Assembly (NCBI GenBank): GCA_001785865.1
Contig: MFUZ01000009.1
Location: 15,309 to 79,308 of the forward strand
Origin: Candidatus Nomurabacteria bacterium RIFCSPLOWO2_01_FULL_41_18
Lineage (GTDB): Bacteria > Patescibacteriota > Minisyncoccia > Phycocordibacterales > UBA9973
Direction of reading: 5' to 3'
DNA: 64,000 bases
Made by a program: the position numbers and the translations under genes. Shown here piece after piece: positions 45,055 through 53,812 of the stretch; within the stretch, counting starts at the first letter, position 1; each line of letters begins with the position of its first letter. The notes under the pieces were generated by a model that worked only from the letters and a program-made list of their open reading frames with translations, searched no databases and was not told the origin of the DNA.

Positions 45055-46185
45055 ATGCAAAAATACTTGCCTTACATTTTAATACTGATGATACTGGTGG
45101 GAACACTCTTGCCGCTTGGGCAGGTGAGTGCTCAGACAGAACCGCTCGGTACTTGCACCATAACCAACAGAACCCAGCCTCGAAACATTAGCTATACTAT
45201 TGTCAAAGACCTGTCAGAAGATAGCTGTCAGGCCAGGGAATCTCCGCCTAATTTTACCGTAGCCTGGACGCAGAATCCCCCCGCACCAGTTGCTCCGACC
45301 TCTCCGCCACCGCCTGCAGCCACCACGGCTCCGGCAACAACTCCTCCCGCAGGGTACCAGCTTTTAGCTCCGCTCCCTTGTGAAAATAGCACGCCTGGAT
45401 GCGAGGGGGGAGAGCTTAGAACTTTTAACTCTGACCAGCCGAATAATCTGGGTACATACCTCAACTTGATGATAAAAATATTCATCGGAATATGCGCGGT
45501 CTTGTCAGTGGTAATGATTGTCGTGGGCGGACTCGAATACATGACAAGCGAGCTCGTACACAACAAAGAAGCAGGAAAGGAAAAAATACTAGGCGCGATT
45601 TTTGGCTTGATTTTAGCCTTGGGCGCGTACACTCTTCTTTTCACGATCAATCCCGATTTACTTGAGTCAGATGTCAGGCCGACGACGCTAGAAACTGCAA
45701 GCACAGGCGCCCCAGGCCTCTCCGGGGGAGCACCAGCAGTCAGGCCGGGAACACCGTCGTCTGCTACATGCTCAATCCAATCAGCCACATTTAACCCATC
45801 TGGTAATCAGAGCGATTCATGGTTTAATGACGACACTCCGCCCACAGTCAGGCTTCAGGTAGTTGGCAGTGCCGGCTGTGCTGGTAAAATAGCTGAAGTC
45901 AGCATCGTGGAAGATGATACTGTCTTAGTGGATGACGATGTGGCTGGAATAGATGATTTCAATGTTTTATTCACGGATAGCAACCGTTTCACTATCGACC
46001 TCATAGCTGGGGAAACTGATTGCGAACAATGGCTGGGAAATGATTGCGAATATTTTATAAAAATAGATCTGACGGGAGCTTCAAACTTTTCGACCGAAGA
46101 CCAAGGGGGAGGAGGAAACTTGGAATATGACTGCGATGGTTTATGTGATGAAGGCTGGCGCATGAGTACCATAACCCCACAATAA
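45055..46185 (+). CDS. Extended TrbC/VirB2-like pilin
   Basis: LLAPLP; IGICAVLSVVMIVVGGLEYMTS...GLILALGAY..L.TINPDL core; acidic Cys-rich C-terminal domain. Confidence 0.8.
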   Translation: MQKYLPYILILMILVGTLLPLGQVSAQTEPLGTCTITNRTQPRNISYTIVKDLSEDSCQARESPPNFTVAWTQNPPAPVAPTSPPPPAATTAPATTPPAGYQLLAPLPCENSTPGCEGGELRTFNSDQPNNLGTYLNLMIKIFIGICAVLSVVMIVVGGLEYMTSELVHNKEAGKEKILGAIFGLILALGAYTLLFTINPDLLESDVRPTTLETASTGAPGLSGGAPAVRPGTPSSATCSIQSATFNPSGNQSDSWFNDDTPPTVRLQVVGSAGCAGKIAEVSIVEDDTVLVDDDVAGIDDFNVLFTDSNRFTIDLIAGETDCEQWLGNDCEYFIKIDLTGASNFSTEDQGGGGNLEYDCDGLCDEGWRMSTITPQ

Positions 46186-46189
46186 TAAG

Positions 46190-47740
46190 ATGACAAAAAG
46201 AAATTTCATACTTTTAATAGTAATCTTGGCCCTCACTGTAATTTCGGTTTTCGTGTTTCTGGTTTTGCGCGAGCCGGGAACGGAACCATCCGGAGAAGAG
46301 ACAGGGAAGGGTACGAATTTTATTTCGCAATTTAATCCGTTCGCAACCAAGCCAAAACCTCCGGCCGAGAACCCACCGGCCGAGACTACCCCGGATGAGC
46401 TTCCAGTAGAAACTGAAAAATTAAAATTCACTAAAGTTTCAAGCATGCCCATAGCCGGATTCGCAGTCTTCACAAAAGAAAGATTGAAGGATGTTCCTGC
46501 AATCATACCGGCAATAACAGAAGAAACCCCCTATGATTTCGGCTCCGCCACTATTAAAAATGGAAGCACTGGTGAAGCAGTAAAAGAAGTTCAGAGATTT
46601 TTGAATAAAACACTAAATCTTAGCCTAGAACTTGATGGCACACTAAATGCAGAAACAATTGCCGCTATCAAGAAGTGGCAGGGAGATCATGGATTGGTCA
46701 CTGATGGTGTCGTCGGTGCAAAAACAAAAGTGTTGATGTATTCTTCTGTAAACCAAAATATGGGAACCTCAAATCCCACCTCACCGCCGACGGAATTCAT
46801 GTCTGCCTTGAGATATGTGGACAAGGCGACCGGAAATATTTACCAGACTTTCGCGGATAAGATCGAAGAAAGGAAATTCACCACCACGATAATACCGAGG
46901 GTGCACGAAGCATATTTCGGGAACCACGGAGGATCGGTAATCATGCGATATCTGAAGGCAGATGCGAGAACCATCGAGACTTTTGTCGGCTCCTTGCCGA
47001 AAGAGGTACTCGGAGGGGATACGACAGGAAATAATGAGATCAAAGGATCCTTCTTGCCTAGCAACGTCAAAGACGTGAGCCTGTCGCCGGACACTCTAAA
47101 AGTATTTTACTTGTTTGAAAGCGGTGAAAATATCATCGGCACAATTTTAAACCTGACCACTAATCAAAAAACTCAAATCTTTGATTCTCCTTTCACCGAG
47201 TGGCTACCCGAGTGGCCAAATCAAAACACTATTACGCTCTCGACCAAGCCTTCTTTCGGCGTCCCCGGATATATTTATTCGATGAACTCGGCTGGCAAAA
47301 ATTTTAGCAAGACTTTGGGTGATATAAATGGACTCACTGCGCTCACAAGTCCAGATGGGAAACTTATTCTTTTCAGCAACAACAATTTATCCCTGAACGT
47401 TTATCACACAGATACCAGAAATTCTGACACCCTCGGCATAAAGACCCTCTCGGAAAAATGCGTCTGGGGCAAAATGAGCGACGCTATATACTGTGCTGTG
47501 CCGAAGTTAATTGGTGTGGGGGCATTCCCAGACTCTTGGTACCAAGGAGAAGTTTCTTTTTCAGATCAGATTTGGAAAATAAATGTGAAAAATGGGAATG
47601 GGGCCCTGTTGCTCGACCCGGTGGCGGTAAGAGGAGGGGAGGAAATCGATGGCATGAGACTTGCCCTAGATGAGAACGAGAACTATTTATTCTTCATGAA
47701 CAAAAAAAATTCTTTCCTGTGGGAATTGGAATTGAAGTAA
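46190..47740 (+). CDS. Membrane-anchored protein with PG-binding domain and beta-propeller-like C-terminus
   Basis: GSTGEAVKEVQ, DGVVGAKT, SPDG repeats. Confidence 0.82.
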   Translation: MTKRNFILLIVILALTVISVFVFLVLREPGTEPSGEETGKGTNFISQFNPFATKPKPPAENPPAETTPDELPVETEKLKFTKVSSMPIAGFAVFTKERLKDVPAIIPAITEETPYDFGSATIKNGSTGEAVKEVQRFLNKTLNLSLELDGTLNAETIAAIKKWQGDHGLVTDGVVGAKTKVLMYSSVNQNMGTSNPTSPPTEFMSALRYVDKATGNIYQTFADKIEERKFTTTIIPRVHEAYFGNHGGSVIMRYLKADARTIETFVGSLPKEVLGGDTTGNNEIKGSFLPSNVKDVSLSPDTLKVFYLFESGENIIGTILNLTTNQKTQIFDSPFTEWLPEWPNQNTITLSTKPSFGVPGYIYSMNSAGKNFSKTLGDINGLTALTSPDGKLILFSNNNLSLNVYHTDTRNSDTLGIKTLSEKCVWGKMSDAIYCAVPKLIGVGAFPDSWYQGEVSFSDQIWKINVKNGNGALLLDPVAVRGGEEIDGMRLALDENENYLFFMNKKNSFLWELELK

Positions 47741-47750
47741 GAATTTCTTT

Positions 47751-48218
47751 CTAAAGAAGTTTCAATTCTCTAATTTTCTCTTGAAAATCTTTTTCACCGG
47801 TAAACAAAAAAGCTTGTATACCGACGCTCTGGCTAGCTGCTACGTGTTTTTCTTGATCGTCAAAATATACACACTCTTCAGGCTTCAAATCGTTTTCAGA
47901 TAAAATATTCTCCCAAGCCCTTGTGTCCGGCTTTTTTAGGCCTGTTTCAAAAGAAAAATACACTTTGTCTGCAATTTCGTCTATCCAAGGATATTGTTCT
48001 CGATAGTATCGGGCCACCTCTTCTAAGGAATTGGAAAGAAAAAATACTTTGATCCCTCTTTTTTTAAACTCTCTCGCAAAACCGATCATCTCTTCGGAAA
48101 CTTTTTCTTTTCTTCGAAGCATTGCGATAAATTCTTTGATAGAAAGCCTGAACCCCTCTTCTAAACCAGGGCTTTGTAAAAAGATTCCATTCAAATCAAA
48201 AATTGCCGCTTTTATCAT
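47751..48218 (-). CDS. HAD-family hydrolase
   Basis: IFDLNG, LSN, KKPD, YFDD. Confidence 0.88.
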   Translation of the reverse strand: MIKAAIFDLNGIFLQSPGLEEGFRLSIKEFIAMLRRKEKVSEEMIGFAREFKKRGIKVFFLSNSLEEVARYYREQYPWIDEIADKVYFSFETGLKKPDTRAWENILSENDLKPEECVYFDDQEKHVAASQSVGIQAFLFTGEKDFQEKIRELKLL

Positions 48219-48419
48219 ATGCGAAGTATAACAAAACGATTAAAAAATATGAAGTTTTTCAATTCATGAATTGACATTAAGTTCTAGAAATGATATAATA
48301 TAAAGAATTAGTTACGTGTACATTGGAAAACAAAAGTCGTTGAGCAACCGACACAAAACAGCTCTAAAATAGAAAGAGAGGTAGCTCTGAAAACAAAATC
48401 AGTAGGTATAGTCTTCGTC

Positions 48420-48917
48420 GTGGCCTTAAGAGCAGCGGGAAAATGGTACGTTGCTTTGCAAGTCCGCCCGTACTGGAACACAGAAAAAAACAAGCGGGAA
48501 TCGTGGCCTGGCGGACACCAAGTCACAGCTCATGGCAAATTAAAAGATGACGAAGATTTCATCCAGAGCCTCGTTCGCGAAACGGAAGAAGAGATTGGCT
48601 ATGAAGCTGCTTCCGTGGTACAACGGCTCGCTGCAAGCGGCGAACTGATCAAATTGGTTGACCACGACGGTGAAAAGGAACACGCAATCACCTTCGGGGC
48701 CGTAATCGGAAACCCGGCTGACGTAGAAGCGGTCTTGGCGGGAACAAACAGAACCACCAAAAAACAAGTCACCACCCTCATCAGACTCGTAAACGAAGAC
48801 GTGGAAATTGTCGACTTGCGCCAATTCGACAAGGAAGCGGGGGTCACAAACGACAGCATTGCGATGTTTCCGGACGAGAAGGAAGCCGTCCGGCTTGCCT
48901 TCGAAAAACTCGGTTGA
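48420..48917 (+). CDS. NUDIX hydrolase (start possibly CTG at 48387)
   Basis: G....DE......RETEEEIG Nudix box. Confidence 0.78.
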   Translation: MALRAAGKWYVALQVRPYWNTEKNKRESWPGGHQVTAHGKLKDDEDFIQSLVRETEEEIGYEAASVVQRLAASGELIKLVDHDGEKEHAITFGAVIGNPADVEAVLAGTNRTTKKQVTTLIRLVNEDVEIVDLRQFDKEAGVTNDSIAMFPDEKEAVRLAFEKLG

Positions 48918-48970
48918 AATTGAACCATCACAAAATTTTCCCCATGTCGCTAGGGTGTAGCGACAAAACA

Positions 48971-49005
48971 AACAAAACCGCAAGGGCTCGACTCTTGCGG
49001 TTTGT
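48971..49005. terminator. Bidirectional terminator
   Basis: AAACCGCAAG-loop-CTTGCGGTTT between convergent genes. Confidence 0.7.
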
Positions 49006-49027
49006 TAATTTAAGAGAGAAATTTTAT

Positions 49028-49519
49028 TTATATGCCCCCGATGTATTTAATTACCACTCGGCGAGTCGGGCCAAAACCCGTCGATTCGGTCTTGAGGTCT
49101 GTCGCATTAGATAAAAATTCGTGGACTATCCTGCGGTCGAAGGCTGTCATGGGGTCGACTTCGATGCTGGATTTGAAATATCTGGCCCTCTCTCCCATCA
49201 TGTGAGCTATGGCTCGGATATTTTCCACTCTTTTTTTTTGAAAACCGTTCACGTCAATGATAAGACCGATTCCATTTTGCTGTTTCTCGTCCGGGAGGAG
49301 AGCAGTTTTCGGAGTTTTAGCCTCGATGATCCGGTGCACAAGGTGGTTAAGCGCGTGCAACCCCTCGCCGTCGGAAGAAATGAAAAAATGTGGCTCTTTG
49401 ACCTCTATCGAGACCCAGGTGCTTTTCGGCTCGTCAACAGTGATAGAAATAGTGTTCAAAGTAACTCCGGTTTTCTCGATTATCCTTTCTATTAAATTTT
49501 TAATCTCCGCTTTTTCCAT
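49028..49519 (-). CDS. jag: Jag/KhpB-like KH-R3H protein
   Basis: PMTAFDRRIVH R3H motif; downstream of yidC. Confidence 0.9.
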   Translation of the reverse strand: MEKAEIKNLIERIIEKTGVTLNTISITVDEPKSTWVSIEVKEPHFFISSDGEGLHALNHLVHRIIEAKTPKTALLPDEKQQNGIGLIIDVNGFQKKRVENIRAIAHMMGERARYFKSSIEVDPMTAFDRRIVHEFLSNATDLKTESTGFGPTRRVVIKYIGGI

Positions 49520-49549
49520 CTATTTTTGCTTTATGAACTTTTTAACTTT

Positions 49550-50284
49550 CTACTTTATGACTGTTTTAAAATTTTTTTCTCTTTTAACATAGATCTGCTG
49601 GCCAACCATGAACAGATTGCTGGTGATCCAGTACAGGGCCACTGCTCCAGATATGCTGTAGGCGATGAAAGCAACCACAAATGGGAAGATGTATTTCATC
49701 TGGGTATGCATGCTTTTAGTAAAGCTTTCCGAGAATGAAGGGGTCGATCCCTTTGGACTCTCCGAAAAGGCTGGCTTCGGCATAAAATGGGCTTGTAGAT
49801 ACTGAGATACTCCAGCCAAAATCGCGAGTGGTAAACTCTTCGCACTAATGTCTAGGATGCCCAGAAATACCATGTTTACGCTTTCAGGAATATGGACAAA
49901 GGAATAAAGATGCCCACCTTCGAAGTTGATGCCTTTATAGAAAACATAATACAAGGCAAAAATGATCGGAATCTGGATCAGGACCAAGAGGCATCCGGAA
50001 AATGGATTGACTTTGTGCTGTTTGTAGAGCTCGAAGGTCTGCTTGGCTTGTTCCTCCTTGCTTGCTCCGCCTTCCTTTATTTTTTTGAGCTGTGGCGCAA
50101 GAATATTCATCTCGGCTTGGCTCTCGATAGACTTTTGAGATAAGGGAAACAACAAGATTTTAACCAAAAGAGTCAGAATTATTACTGCCAGACCGACATC
50201 CCCGCCTGGAATGACTGACACCAAAAAAGCCAAGGCGTTCAGTAATGGCTGGTATAGGACCGTATCCCATATATTTATAAGCAT
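49550..50284 (-). CDS. yidC: Membrane protein insertase YidC
   Basis: NPFSGCL..LIQIP, LYWITSN. Confidence 0.95.
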   Translation of the reverse strand: MLINIWDTVLYQPLLNALAFLVSVIPGGDVGLAVIILTLLVKILLFPLSQKSIESQAEMNILAPQLKKIKEGGASKEEQAKQTFELYKQHKVNPFSGCLLVLIQIPIIFALYYVFYKGINFEGGHLYSFVHIPESVNMVFLGILDISAKSLPLAILAGVSQYLQAHFMPKPAFSESPKGSTPSFSESFTKSMHTQMKYIFPFVVAFIAYSISGAVALYWITSNLFMVGQQIYVKREKNFKTVIK

Positions 50285-50314
50285 TATCTCATTCTATATG
50301 AAAATAATTAAAAA

Positions 50315-50530
50315 TCAAACTAGGGGATCGAGGTGGTTTTTCTGCCATGGGTGGCAGCGGAGGATGCGCAAAAAACCTAAGCAAATTCCTTTGAGGACTC
50401 CGTATTTACCAATTGCTTGCTTAGTATATTCGGAGCAAGTCGGATAAAAAACACATCTCGGTCTGGTAAAGACCGAAATATGTTTCTGGTAAAAATTAAT
50501 TAATTTTACTAAGTGTGTTCTTAATCTCAT
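50315..50530 (-). CDS. yidD: Membrane protein insertion efficiency factor
   Basis: CVFYPTCSEY, RILRCHP. Confidence 0.93.
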   Translation of the reverse strand: MRLRTHLVKLINFYQKHISVFTRPRCVFYPTCSEYTKQAIGKYGVLKGICLGFLRILRCHPWQKNHLDPLV

Positions 50531-50840
50531 TTTCAAGCACCAAAACATCATCTTGATATCTTTTGAAGATAAAAACCCCTCTGACCCCGGCAGGGAACTG
50601 GTCTATAGTTTTTTGTAGGGCTAAATATCCACGTCTTCTGAGAAAATTCCTCTGGACGGCCAGTTTAGCTACGTTTTTCGGAGCCAGAAAGGAAATTTTC
50701 TTTTCTCGATCGTCGTTTTTAAAATATTTAAAGGTCAAGTTGGGGGAAACGACAAACTTGCCTTCTTCCCCATTCGGCGGGCAGACTTTGAAGATCTTTT
50801 CAACTTCCTTGGTGGTTACCCTGTTCTTTTTTGGGAGCAT
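50496..50840 (-). CDS. rnpA: RNase P protein component
   Basis: MLPKKNR, AVQRNFLRR; located between rpmH and yidD. Confidence 0.9.
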   Translation of the reverse strand: MLPKKNRVTTKEVEKIFKVCPPNGEEGKFVVSPNLTFKYFKNDDREKKISFLAPKNVAKLAVQRNFLRRRGYLALQKTIDQFPAGVRGVFIFKRYQDDVLVLENEIKNTLSKIN

Positions 50841-50849
50841 GCCAAAAAA

Positions 50850-50984
50850 TTATACGGATAGCTTTTTCCTACCTTTCTGACGCCTTCTTTTCAAAACAGC
50901 TTTGCCGGTCTTGACCCTAGACCTGACTAGAAACCCATGACTTCGGGCTCTTTTTCTCTTTTTGGGTTTGTATGTAAATGACAT
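50850..50984 (-). CDS. rpmH: 50S ribosomal protein L34, not in ORF track
   Basis: [44 protein letters not shown]. Confidence 0.96.
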   Translation of the reverse strand: MSFTYKPKKRKRARSHGFLVRSRVKTGKAVLKRRRQKGRKKLSV

Positions 50985-51089
50985 ATTTCCAATACTATAA
51001 CAAAACTGGGCTTTAGGCAACTAGGCCTTAGTCATTAGCATTAGAATCTTATTTTTTTGCTAGAGCCTAGCACCTAACAGCTAGTGCCT

Positions 51090-51228
51090 ATTTTTTTATC
51101 CACACATTATCAACAACTTTAGTAACTTTTTACAAGTATGCAACATTTTCTAAATAGTATAGTATAGAGTAGTTGAAAGTTTAAAGTTCATAAAGTCATA
51201 AGTAAAAAATACTTAAAGAATTAAATTC
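51090..51228. promoter_or_regulatory. oriC segment / dnaA promoter with DnaA boxes
   Basis: TTATCCACA (51096), TTATCAACA (51107). Confidence 0.75.
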
Positions 51229-52581
51229 ATGAATACAAAACAACTTTGGAAAGACTGCCTGACCGAAATCGAGACTGGCATCTCAAGGGCAAATTTTAGC
51301 ACCTGGTTCAAGAACACATCCATTGTAAAAGAGGATACCGGCATTATTTATATCGGCGTGCCGAACGAATTTGTGCGCGATTGGCTGATAAATAAATACC
51401 ACAAACTCATCACCAAGACAGTTGCCGACGCCTATGAGAACATGCGCGCCGTAGAATACCTGATAACTAAGATAGAATCTTCCAAGCCGGAACCTGTTCC
51501 GACGGGGGAAATAAATAAAAGCTATGCAAATAAAGAACTGCCCTTAAAAGATCTGTACGTAAATCCAGATGATAACTTAAATCCTCGTTATCACTTCAAT
51601 TCTTTCATTGTAGGATCTTTCAATGAACTTGCGTATGCCGCCTCTCTCGCCATCATAGACAGTCCGGGCACCAAATACAATCCATTTTTCATCTATGGAG
51701 GCACCGGCCTCGGGAAAACTCACCTGATCCAAGCAGTAGGGAACACAATCAAAGACAAATACCCGAACAAAAAAGTTCATTACATGACCTTGGAGAAATT
51801 CGCCACTGATTTTATAAATTCTCTTCAGAGTAATAAGGCAAATTCTTTTAAAGAGAAGTATCGTAAATATGACCTGCTCATCATAGATGACATCCAGTTC
51901 ATCGGAAAAATGGAAAAGATACAGGAAGAGCTCTTTCACACATTCAACACCTTCCATGAAAATAGCAAACAGATAATTTTTTCCTCTGATAAGCACCCAA
52001 ATTACATCCCTGAATTAGCAGATCGCCTCAAATCTCGCTTTGCCGCCGGGATGATAGTGGACATCTCGCCCCCGGATTATGAATCCCGCTTGGCTATTCT
52101 GAAGGTAAAAGTACGAGAGCTTGATATAGATCTAGATCCTGAGATTTTGGATTACGTCGCTCTTTCTGTAGATGGTAATATCCGAGAGCTTGAAGGTAGT
52201 TTAAACATCATCGTTTGCCAATATCGCTTGAAAAATAAGGCTTTAACTCTATTAGAGGTGAAAAGTCTTCTAAAGAATAACATGAAGCCAAAGAAGAATA
52301 TCGCTATAAAAGATGTGGTAAAAATAGTAAGCGAATATTATAAATTAGAAGAAGTCTCTGTCTATGAAAAAACTAGAAAAAAAGAAATTGTAAAGGCAAG
52401 ACAAGTAGTAATGTATCTCCTTCGAGAGGATTTTAATGTATCATACCCTCTTATTGGTCAAAAGCTTGGGGGAAAAGATCACACTACTGTGATTCATTCT
52501 TGTTTAAAGATTAAAAACGATCTAAAAAACGACCCACAACTTTTACAAGAATTAGAACAAATACGAATTATGTTTAAGTAA
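51229..52581 (+). CDS. dnaA: Replication initiator DnaA
   Basis: YGGTGLGKTH, IDDIQF, GGKDHTTV. Confidence 0.99.
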   Translation: MNTKQLWKDCLTEIETGISRANFSTWFKNTSIVKEDTGIIYIGVPNEFVRDWLINKYHKLITKTVADAYENMRAVEYLITKIESSKPEPVPTGEINKSYANKELPLKDLYVNPDDNLNPRYHFNSFIVGSFNELAYAASLAIIDSPGTKYNPFFIYGGTGLGKTHLIQAVGNTIKDKYPNKKVHYMTLEKFATDFINSLQSNKANSFKEKYRKYDLLIIDDIQFIGKMEKIQEELFHTFNTFHENSKQIIFSSDKHPNYIPELADRLKSRFAAGMIVDISPPDYESRLAILKVKVRELDIDLDPEILDYVALSVDGNIRELEGSLNIIVCQYRLKNKALTLLEVKSLLKNNMKPKKNIAIKDVVKIVSEYYKLEEVSVYEKTRKKEIVKARQVVMYLLREDFNVSYPLIGQKLGGKDHTTVIHSCLKIKNDLKNDPQLLQELEQIRIMFK

Positions 52582-52710
52582 TTAAAAGTTATTAGACTTA
52601 AATTAAAAATAAAATAAACATAACAATATTGTAAATTATAAGTAAAAAATAGTTATCCACTTATCCAGTTACCTAATAGTATTAATAAATTAAATAAAGA
52701 AAATAAATAC
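52582..52710. promoter_or_regulatory. oriC segment (boxes plus AT-rich unwinding region)
   Basis: TTATCCACT / TTATCCAGT at 52653-52669 followed by TAA-TAG-TAT-TAA triplets and an AT tract. Confidence 0.65.
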
Positions 52711-53808
52711 ATGAAATTAGAATGTAAAATAGAAGAACTCCGGAATAAAGTTTCTCAAGTAGAAAGAATAACTGGTAAAAATCTTACCCTGCCTATTTTA
52801 AATTCAATTCTCCTAGTTGCTTCTGGTAAATCTTTAAAATTAAGATCTACAAATTTAAGCTTAGGAATAGAAGTTGAAATTCCTACCAAAATAGAAAAAG
52901 AAGGAATTGTAGCTATATCTGGATCAGTCTTGAATGGTGTATTTTCTAATATTTTCCAAAACGAAAATGTTTTCCTGGAAAGCACAGATGGTAATTTATC
53001 TATCCAGACCAAAAAAAACAAAATAAAGCTAAAAGGACAACCACCTGACGATTTTCCCACAATACCCAGAGTTACTGGAACTAGCTTCGAGATAGAGTCT
53101 AAAAAACTAATAGATGGTATAAAATCAGTTTATTATAGTGGAGCTATTTCAGATGTGAAACCCGAGATAGCAAGCGTTTTTATATATACACATGAAGAAA
53201 ATCTAATTTTCGTTTCTACGGATTCTTTTAGATTGGCAGAGAAAAAAATAAAAATAAAAGGGATTCCAGAGATAAGTGGGATTCTTGTTCCATATAAAAA
53301 TATTGCTGAAATACTGAGAGTTTTTGGAGAATCATCTTCCATTATTGAAGTTCATTTTAATAAGAATCAAATATCTTTTTCTACCGATAGCGTTTATCTT
53401 ACCTCTAGGGTGATTGATGGAGTTTTCCCAGATTACCGTCAGATTATTCCAAAAACCTCAAGTACTAACGCTATAGTCTTAAAACAAGACCTATTAAACG
53501 CTCTCAAGATATCCAACATCTTTTCTGATAAATTCAACCAAGTTAATTTAAGGATATCAGCCAAAGAAAAAGTTTTCGAAATTTCTTCGATGAATAATGA
53601 CATCGGAGAGAATAAGACATACTTAGATGCGACCCTCTCAGGAGAGAATATAGAATTAGGGTTTAACTATAAATATTTTCTAGACTGTTTCCAATCCATC
53701 ACTACCGACAGTTTGTCTATTAAATTCTCTGGAGCTTCTAGCCCGCTAGTAATATCTCCTGTTTCAGATCCATCTTTCCTATATCTCATTATGCCTATGA
53801 ATAGGTAG
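52711..53808 (+). CDS. dnaN: DNA polymerase III beta clamp
   Basis: STDSFRLA, FPDYRQIIP, LIMPM. Confidence 0.98.
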   Translation: MKLECKIEELRNKVSQVERITGKNLTLPILNSILLVASGKSLKLRSTNLSLGIEVEIPTKIEKEGIVAISGSVLNGVFSNIFQNENVFLESTDGNLSIQTKKNKIKLKGQPPDDFPTIPRVTGTSFEIESKKLIDGIKSVYYSGAISDVKPEIASVFIYTHEENLIFVSTDSFRLAEKKIKIKGIPEISGILVPYKNIAEILRVFGESSSIIEVHFNKNQISFSTDSVYLTSRVIDGVFPDYRQIIPKTSSTNAIVLKQDLLNALKISNIFSDKFNQVNLRISAKEKVFEISSMNNDIGENKTYLDATLSGENIELGFNYKYFLDCFQSITTDSLSIKFSGASSPLVISPVSDPSFLYLIMPMNR

Positions 53809-53812
53809 GTTT

